Shown here one piece after another: positions 35,320 to 40,821 of a DNA stretch of 40,821 nucleotides. The stretch's first letter is position 1. Every line of letters starts with the position of its first letter. The notes under the pieces are model-generated. The model searched no databases, was not told where the DNA came from, and was given only the letters and a program-made list of their open reading frames with translations. The DNA is from Vicinamibacteria bacterium (lineage in GTDB: Bacteria > Acidobacteriota > Vicinamibacteria > Vicinamibacterales > CAVVIG01). Made by a program: the position numbers and the translations under genes. The stretch spans positions 1 through 40,821 of the forward strand of contig JBGPJH010000001.1 in assembly GCA_041485305.1 (NCBI GenBank), given 5' to 3'.

Positions 35320-35374
35320 CGCTGGTCCCCGTTTCGGAGCTCCGGATTCTAGCCTCAGCCCAAGCTTGGCGCAG

Positions 35375-36208
35375 CTAGAAGTTGTGGCTCTTGGTCAGGA
35401 AATAGCCGATCGGCACGAAATTCAGCAGCACAATCGCGAACCCGACCGCCGACAGATACGCCGATCGTCGTCCGCCCCAGCCGAGGCGCCGCGCGGCGAA
35501 TACTTCGAAGGAATAGACCGCCCAGCACACGACTGCCACGAAGATCTTCGGATCCTGCAGCGACATGGCCTGCACCTGTGGATCGGCTGGCGCATACGCC
35601 GACGCCTGGCCCGCCCAGATCGTGCCCACCATCAAGCCGACCGTCAGGAACACCCAACCGACGACGGTCGCGCGTTGGTTCATCGTGTCGAGCACCTGCA
35701 GAGAGGGCAAGCGTGCGTAAAAGAAGCCGAGATGCTTCGCTTTGATTTCCTTGAACAGCAGCACGTACGTAATGCCGATCACCGCCGCGAGCGCGAAGCT
35801 GGCGTAGGCAAACAAGAGCGAGGAGACATGCAGCCCGAACAGGGGACCCTGCAGCACGTGTGACCGATCCTCGCCGCCCGGCGCGCCTGCATGGAGCGCG
35901 GGGATCAACTGCAGCACGACCGCCACCGGCAGGATGAACGCGCCCATCGCGCGCTCGTCGGTGGTCATCTCCGCGTAGAGGTACGCCAGCATGAGCAGCC
36001 ACACGAACGTGGAGATGGCCGAAGCGGTGTTGGTTACCGGGACCTGACCCACGTCCATGGTCTGCATGCCGATGACAAAGGTGTGCGACAGAGCTCCCGC
36101 GAGGAGCAGCGTCGTGGCCGTTCGGCCGACCGTTGGCTGGCGCCGGGCAAAATGCCACACGTAGGCGACGAAGGCCGCAGCATACAGCGCCAGCGGGACC
36201 CAGTTCAT
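35375..36208 (-). CDS. Cytochrome c assembly family (CcsA/ResC-like, HemX-like) integral membrane protein
   Basis: A polytopic membrane protein of about 277 aa with a Trp-containing region (GTIWAGQAS...) typical of the Cytochrom_C_asm family. It lies directly upstream of hemA, like B. subtilis hemX. Confidence 0.7.
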   Translation of the reverse strand: MNWVPLALYAAAFVAYVWHFARRQPTVGRTATTLLLAGALSHTFVIGMQTMDVGQVPVTNTASAISTFVWLLMLAYLYAEMTTDERAMGAFILPVAVVLQLIPALHAGAPGGEDRSHVLQGPLFGLHVSSLLFAYASFALAAVIGITYVLLFKEIKAKHLGFFYARLPSLQVLDTMNQRATVVGWVFLTVGLMVGTIWAGQASAYAPADPQVQAMSLQDPKIFVAVVCWAVYSFEVFAARRLGWGGRRSAYLSAVGFAIVLLNFVPIGYFLTKSHNF

Positions 36209-36211
36209 ACG

Positions 36212-37192
36212 TCAGTGTTTGGGAGCGAAGTAGCCTTGCTTGGTTCGAGCCACGACGCCGGGACGGCTGACGCGAACGACGACCCGCCGCCAGCCCCCGT
36301 CGCGCCGCGCGTTGCGCGAAGTGTAGCCCACCGTGTACTGACTCGAGAGCTCTTCGGAAATCTGGCCGTACACGTTGGCAAGATCGCCAATCTGCGCCGG
36401 GAAGAAGGCTCTCCCGCCGGTTTCCTGGGCCAGCTGCCGCAGCACGAATTCCGCTTCCTTGAACCCCTTGTTTGCAAGAGTCGTGACTTCGCTTGCACGA
36501 ATGCCGATACAGTAGATGGCGGTCTGCGAACGTTTCGCGAGGTCGAGTACTTCTTCGAAGGGCAGGAGACTCGACGTGTCTTCCCCGTCCGAGAGCACCA
36601 CGATGGCTTGCCGTCGGATCTCGTCGACATTGGTCGCGACGGCCTTCTTGAGATCTTTCAGCGCGATGTAGATCGCGTTGTACATCGATGTCGAACCCCC
36701 GGCCGAGGTCCGACGAATCGCCTGCTCCAGGTCCGGAATCTTGTTGGTGAACGCCTGCAGGATGACCACCCGGCTGTCGAAATCGACCACCTCGGCGAGG
36801 TCTTGAGGCCGGAGCTTGCGGGCGAAACCGATGGCGGCCTCTTGAGCGGTTGCCAGCCGGCTCTCCATGCTCGCGCTGGTGTCGATAAGCAGCGCGAGCG
36901 CGATGGGCAGGTTGGTGCGGTTGAAGAACGTTACCTCCTGCTTGGCGCCATCTTCGAAGACGTCAAAATTTTCCGCCTGAAGGTCGGAGATATAGTGTTG
37001 GGCCGCGTCGGTGACCGTGACGTTCAACGACACGAGCTCGACGCCGGCCTTGAACGCCGGCGCCTGGCGGGAAGGCGTTGCGGGCGGAGCCTGCTGAGGT
37101 GCGGGCGGCTGCTGGCCCTGTGCCGTCACTAGACCTGACAAGACGGCGAGCGCAGCCGCCATGAAGGGACCACGGACGCTTCGTGCAGTCAT
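36212..37192 (-). CDS. Secreted VWA domain protein, TIGR03436 (Acidobacterial VWFA-related) type
   Basis: A signal peptide, then FKAGVELVSLNVTVTD...ISDLQAENFDVFEDGAKQEVTFF (the family N-terminal signature), then VWA/MIDAS LLIDTSASM...GGSTSMY...VVLSDGEDT. Confidence 0.85.
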   Translation of the reverse strand: MTARSVRGPFMAAALAVLSGLVTAQGQQPPAPQQAPPATPSRQAPAFKAGVELVSLNVTVTDAAQHYISDLQAENFDVFEDGAKQEVTFFNRTNLPIALALLIDTSASMESRLATAQEAAIGFARKLRPQDLAEVVDFDSRVVILQAFTNKIPDLEQAIRRTSAGGSTSMYNAIYIALKDLKKAVATNVDEIRRQAIVVLSDGEDTSSLLPFEEVLDLAKRSQTAIYCIGIRASEVTTLANKGFKEAEFVLRQLAQETGGRAFFPAQIGDLANVYGQISEELSSQYTVGYTSRNARRDGGWRRVVVRVSRPGVVARTKQGYFAPKH

Positions 37193-38106
37193 GGTCGCCC
37201 TTGTTCGCGTTCGTCCTTCACGGGCGTGCCGCGCACCGTCAATCCCGATCTGGCGGCCGATACCGTGATCCGTTCCGGCGGGATGAGCGATGCCGGGTGC
37301 GCGTAGGTCACCTTGTGTTGATGCGTCAGCTCGGCGGCCACCTGCTTGAGCCTGGCCGTCAGGGCCGTGCCGGCGAGAATGTTGTCGTAGCGGCCGCCCG
37401 TATCGCGGCTTCCCGCGGAAAGAACGATCGCTCTATCCTGCGAACCGTTGCTCGGCCGCCCCACAACGACGACGTGGAACGCCGCACCTGAAGCGCGGAG
37501 CGGCCGGAGCACATCGTCGTAGTGCCGATCGCTCAGCTCCGGTCCGTCGGTGACGACGGCGACGATGACAGGTCGCGAGGCCTCGCGCTTTCTAAAGCCC
37601 GCGACGGTTTCTCGAATGCCATCCAGCAGATACGTGCCGCTGCCCGAGACTGAGAACAGCCGCTGCGCACCCTTGACAAGCTGCGAGGCGTCGGAGGTGT
37701 AGTCGGTGTTGACCGTCGGCCGATCGGCCAACGTGATAATCGATACTTGGTGCCTGACCCCGTTGGCGTCGGCCGCGACCGCACTGATGAAGGCGGGAAG
37801 CGCTTCGCGATATTCGCGGATGTAGGATTCCGCCGCTTGGCTGTTGTCGACGAGCAGGGCGATCTGCAGCGGCTCGATGGCCGGGACGATGCTGAGAATC
37901 TCGCGTGCGACCCTGTCTTCGCGCACGACGAGGTCCGAGGGCACCAGGTTCGGCGCGGGCACGCCGCTGCGATCGAGCGCGCTGACGTATAGCGACCGCG
38001 GTTGCGCCTGGGCGGCCATGTGGACGGTCAGGCCACAGGCCAGCATCACCACGGCGAGCGCACGAAGCCACCCCTCGGCGCTTCTCATTCGCCCAGTATA
38101 GGACAC
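37189..38106 (-). CDS. Secreted VWA-like protein, divergent paralogue of the TIGR03436 type
   Basis: A signal peptide, LYVSALDRSGVPAPNLVPSDLVVREDRVAREILSI (same N-terminal module), then LLVDNSQAA...GSGTY...VVTDGPE, a degenerate MIDAS. Its stop overlaps the next gene's start by 4 bp. Confidence 0.75.
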   Translation of the reverse strand: MSYTGRMRSAEGWLRALAVVMLACGLTVHMAAQAQPRSLYVSALDRSGVPAPNLVPSDLVVREDRVAREILSIVPAIEPLQIALLVDNSQAAESYIREYREALPAFISAVAADANGVRHQVSIITLADRPTVNTDYTSDASQLVKGAQRLFSVSGSGTYLLDGIRETVAGFRKREASRPVIVAVVTDGPELSDRHYDDVLRPLRASGAAFHVVVVGRPSNGSQDRAIVLSAGSRDTGGRYDNILAGTALTARLKQVAAELTHQHKVTYAHPASLIPPERITVSAARSGLTVRGTPVKDEREQGRP

Positions 38107-38189
38107 CTTTCACGATCGTCAAGCAAATGAGTGGACGAAGTGTTTTAAAATGTGATATTTGCGGGAAACAGCTACGATGCGCGGGTTTC

Positions 38190-38218
38190 TTGACACCCCT
38201 TGGAGCGCGTGTTATAAA
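38190..38218 (+). promoter_or_regulatory. Candidate sigma70 promoter of the nuo cluster (TTGACA, 17 nt spacer, TATAAA)
   Basis: A perfect -35 at 38190-38195, a 17-nt spacer and TATAAA at 38213-38218, preceded by an AT-rich tract at about 38138-38160. Confidence 0.45.
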
Positions 38219-38232
38219 CCAACCGCCTTTCT

Positions 38233-38613
38233 GTGGCCCACGCGTCTCAAATCTTCATGATCTCAGCCTACGTTCCCATCGCGATCTTCGTGGCCGTTGC
38301 AACCGGCTTTGCGCTGTTCACGCTGGTGTTCACCAGCCTGATTCACCCGAGTAAGTACAATAAAGTAAAGCTCGAACCCTATGAATGCGGCATCGAGCCG
38401 GCGACCGACGCCCGGGACCGCTACAGCATTCGTTACTATCTGGTCGCGATGCTGTTTGTCATTTTCGACGTCGAGACCGTGTTCATGTTTCCGTGGGCGG
38501 TCATCTTCGACAAGCTTCTGCTGTTCGGGCTGATCGAGATGCTCGTGTTCCTCTTCATTCTGGTCGTCGGCTACTACTACGCGTGGCAGAAGGGCGCGTT
38601 GGAATGGGTCTAG
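38233..38613 (+). CDS. nuoA: NADH-quinone oxidoreductase subunit A
   Basis: LEPYECGIEP and YYLVAMLFVIFDVETVFMFPWA. The start may be GTG 38233 or, perhaps more likely, ATG 38257 (MISAYVPIAIF...). Confidence 0.93.
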   Translation: MAHASQIFMISAYVPIAIFVAVATGFALFTLVFTSLIHPSKYNKVKLEPYECGIEPATDARDRYSIRYYLVAMLFVIFDVETVFMFPWAVIFDKLLLFGLIEMLVFLFILVVGYYYAWQKGALEWV

Positions 38614-39438
38614 ATGGCTGACGAACCCGCAAAGTCCCCGGAGCCGCCGCCGCAGGCGACGCCGGCGGCGGCGGCTCCGTCCGCTCCAAAGCCGGAGGCG
38701 CCCTCGGCTCCGGCAGCCTCCGCTTCAGGCGAGGCGAAACCAGACGCAGTACAGGCAGTCCCCGTTGCGGCCAGGCCCACGCTGGCCAAACCGGCTCCGA
38801 CCGGCACCAAACCTGTGCCTGCTGCGGGTGTGCGTGCTGCCGCCGGAGCCGACCATGTACCCAAGGCGGCCCCGCCAACTGGGCCGCCCGATCCACCGCC
38901 GCCCGCGGACAAGACGCCCCCGGCGTTCATCGGGGCTTTACAGGAGGCGGTGCCCGGAGCCGTGACGGGCGTCAGCTACTGGGTCGGGGACTGGACAATT
39001 CTCGTTGCCGCCGAGCGGATCCTCGAGGTTGCCCGGCACCTTCGGTACGCCTCCGAGGCCGCATTCGACCTTTGTTCGGACGTGACCGCGACAGACTGGC
39101 CACCGCGTGCCGAGCGCTTCGACCTCGTCTACTGCCTCTTCTCGATGCGCCATCGTCAACGCCTGAGGGTGAAGGTGAAGGTGGGAGAGACGCAGCCGAT
39201 CGCGTCGGTCACGGGGATCTGGCCGGCGGCAAACTGGCTCGAACGCGAAGTCTTCGATATGTTTGGGGTGAACTTCGTCGGACACCCGGACCGCCGGCGT
39301 ATCCTGATGCCGGACGACTGGCAAGGCTATCCCCAGCGCAAGGACTATCCGCTCGAGGGGCCTGGCGAACTGCTCATGGAAAACCCTGGCGACTGGCTGA
39401 AACTGCGCCAGGCGAAGGAAGAGGCGGAGATTGAATAG
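38614..39438 (+). CDS. nuoC: NADH-quinone oxidoreductase subunit C with a Pro/Ala-rich N-terminal extension of about 110 aa
   Basis: The C-terminal 160 aa carry NuoC motifs ([41 protein letters not shown]). ATG 38614 directly abuts the nuoA stop (TAGATG). Confidence 0.88.
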   Translation: MADEPAKSPEPPPQATPAAAAPSAPKPEAPSAPAASASGEAKPDAVQAVPVAARPTLAKPAPTGTKPVPAAGVRAAAGADHVPKAAPPTGPPDPPPPADKTPPAFIGALQEAVPGAVTGVSYWVGDWTILVAAERILEVARHLRYASEAAFDLCSDVTATDWPPRAERFDLVYCLFSMRHRQRLRVKVKVGETQPIASVTGIWPAANWLEREVFDMFGVNFVGHPDRRRILMPDDWQGYPQRKDYPLEGPGELLMENPGDWLKLRQAKEEAEIE

Positions 39439-40561
39439 CCCAGCCGTTCATCACGGCGCCATGTTCGACACCAACGAGCTCGTGCTCAACATGGGCCCGC
39501 AGCATCCAAGCACGCACGGTGTGTTGCGGGTCGTGCTGCGTCTGGACGGCGAGAAGGTCGTCGATGCCGACGTCATCATCGGCTACCTGCATCGCGGCAT
39601 CGAGAAACTGAGCGAGAACCGCAACTGGACGCAGATCGTGCTGCTCACCGACCGCATGGACTATGTGGCGGCCGCGACGAGCAACGTCGGGTACTGCGAG
39701 ACGGTCGAGAAGCTGCTGTCGCTCGAGGTGCCGCGCCGGGCCCGGTACGTCCGCACGATGCTCTGCGAGCTTCAGCGGATTGCCAGCCATTGCCTCTGGC
39801 TCGGAACGCATGCGATGGACATTGGCGCGATGACGGTGTTCCTCTACGCGTTTCGCGAGCGCGAGCTCATTCTCGATCTCTTCGAGGAGTTTTGCGGCGC
39901 GCGATTGACCTACAACTCGATGCGGATTGGGGGGCTGCCGCTGGATGTGCCGTCCGGCTGGGACAAGAAGGTCCTCGAGTTCTGCAAAATCATGGACTCG
40001 AAGATCGTCGAGTACGAAGACCTGCTGACGCACAACCGGATCTGGCTGGAACGGACGAAGGGCATTGGCGTGCTCAGCGCCGCCGAAGCCATCGATCTCG
40101 GTCTGAGTGGCCCGCCACTGCGGGGCTCGGGCGTGCCCCGCGACGTACGAAAGGACGAGCCGTACGCGGCGTACGACGAGATGAATTTCGAGATCCCGAT
40201 CGGAACGGTCGGCGATACCTACGATCGCTACCTTGTACGTCTCGAGGAATTCCGGCAGTCGCTACGAATTATCCGCCAGGCGACCGAAGGGCTACCTGAG
40301 GGACCGATTGTCGGAAAGGTGCCCCGGCTCATCAAGCCCGCGGCGGGCGAAACGTATCATGCGATCGAGTCGCCGAAGGGGGAGCTTGGCTACTTCATCG
40401 TGAGCGACGGCAAGTCGACCAACCCGTATCGGTTCCGCGTGCGGCCGCCTTCCTTCTGCAATCTGCACGCCCTCCGGCGTATGGTGCGTGGGCATCTCGT
40501 TGCCGATGTGGTCGCCTTGATCGGATCCCTGGACGTGGTCCTCGGAGAGGTGGATCGGTAA
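39431..40561 (+). CDS. nuoD: NADH-quinone oxidoreductase subunit D
   Basis: [28 protein letters not shown] and a C-terminal [11 protein letters not shown]. The TTG 39431 start overlaps the nuoC stop. ATG 39461 is an alternative. Confidence 0.95.
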   Translation: MNSPAVHHGAMFDTNELVLNMGPQHPSTHGVLRVVLRLDGEKVVDADVIIGYLHRGIEKLSENRNWTQIVLLTDRMDYVAAATSNVGYCETVEKLLSLEVPRRARYVRTMLCELQRIASHCLWLGTHAMDIGAMTVFLYAFRERELILDLFEEFCGARLTYNSMRIGGLPLDVPSGWDKKVLEFCKIMDSKIVEYEDLLTHNRIWLERTKGIGVLSAAEAIDLGLSGPPLRGSGVPRDVRKDEPYAAYDEMNFEIPIGTVGDTYDRYLVRLEEFRQSLRIIRQATEGLPEGPIVGKVPRLIKPAAGETYHAIESPKGELGYFIVSDGKSTNPYRFRVRPPSFCNLHALRRMVRGHLVADVVALIGSLDVVLGEVDR

Positions 40562-40568
40562 CGAAACC

Positions 40569-40821
40569 GTCGATGAACCGCTTCGAGTAGACAAATGAGC
40601 CGCGATCGGGCGCGTGGCCGGGCGGGTCGGTGAACCGCGGCGAGAGACGAGTGAGCCAAGACGGGGGCCTGGGGGCTGGGCGGCGCCTGACGAGAGGTGA
40701 CTCAGTGGCCGAATGGTCGGTGAACCGCGGCGAGCGGACGAGTGAGCCAAGACGGGGGCCTGGGGGCTGGGCGGCGCCTGACGAGAGGTGACTCAGTGGC
40801 CGAACAGTCGGTGAACCGTGG
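40569..40821. repeat. Tandem repeat array with a unit of about 90 bp, continuing past the window end
   Basis: Units at 40626-40715 (90 bp) and 40716-40806 (91 bp) are near-identical. They differ at gagAGAcgag versus gagCGGAcgag and at the unit ends aatg versus aaca. A third unit starts at 40807. A degenerate 57-bp partial copy lies at 40569-40625. Confidence 0.9.

Noticed and set aside
38138-38165. An AT-rich tract with TGTGA upstream of the nuo promoter, possibly a CRP/FNR-type site.
   Set aside because: Only one half-site is present (TGTGA-N6-CGGGA rather than TCACA, and no TTGAT-N4-ATCAA). It is more likely a UP-like AT tract, and there is not enough support for a regulator site.
40686-40716. 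A hammerhead-ribozyme-like core inside each repeat unit (CUGACGAG ... GAA).
   Set aside because: CUGANGA and GAA boxes are present, but the intervening GAGGUGACUCAGUGGCC cannot form a convincing helix II. I could find no helix I/III pairing or NUH cleavage-site context, so this is probably a chance match.
40569-40821. Possible CRISPR array.
   Set aside because: The repeat units are about 90 bp and directly abutting, with no unique spacers. No cas genes are in the window. This is a tandem repeat, not a CRISPR array.

Overview
The window is visibly GC-rich bacterial chromosome (GC content not computed). Two tandem secreted VWA proteins of the TIGR03436 'Acidobacterial VWFA-related' type suggest Acidobacteriota. 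I can support about 40 protein genes, nearly all core housekeeping.

Gene content, in order:
- A 5'-truncated peroxiredoxin.
- An ArsR/SmtB repressor with a Zn/Cd/Pb-type P1B ATPase.
- A REC-PilZ regulator with a CNNM/CorC transporter.
- A tightly coupled trio: a LysW-like hyper-acidic zinc-ribbon protein, a LarE-like PP-loop ATPase and a GT-C membrane glycosyltransferase, plus a convergent SAM methyltransferase.
- A Pal/OmpA lipoprotein.
- A divergent pyrimidine locus: pyrK-pyrD-grx-like on one strand, and a PyrR RNA site followed by pyrR-pyrB-pyrC and a PyrE-like paralogue on the other.
- A penicillin/AHL-acylase family Ntn hydrolase and a TIGR02757 (DUF2400) protein.
- tolC with GT2 and GT4 glycosyltransferases.
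- pyrE and truA, then the envelope/isoprenoid cluster uppS-cdsA-dxr-rseP.
- A long minus-strand operon: VWA-VWA-HemX/CcsA-like-hemA-hemC-cobA/hemD-hemB-hemL.
- nuoA-nuoC-nuoD.

I recognised no rRNA, tRNA, CRISPR array, transposase, integrase or defence-type genes. I do not see a clearly novel multi-gene system.

The most unusual items are:
1. The LysW-like / LarE-like / GT-C coupled module, possibly driven by a sigma54-like promoter.
2. A nuo cluster with no nuoB, in which NuoC instead carries a Pro/Ala-rich N-terminal extension.
3. A roughly 90-bp near-perfect tandem repeat array downstream of nuoD that runs off the window edge.
4. Secreted VWA proteins translationally coupled to the heme operon.
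5. A glycine-zipper secreted protein in the slot after rseP where bamA sits in E. coli-type synteny.

All functional calls come from motif recognition by eye on the supplied translations. No database search was run.
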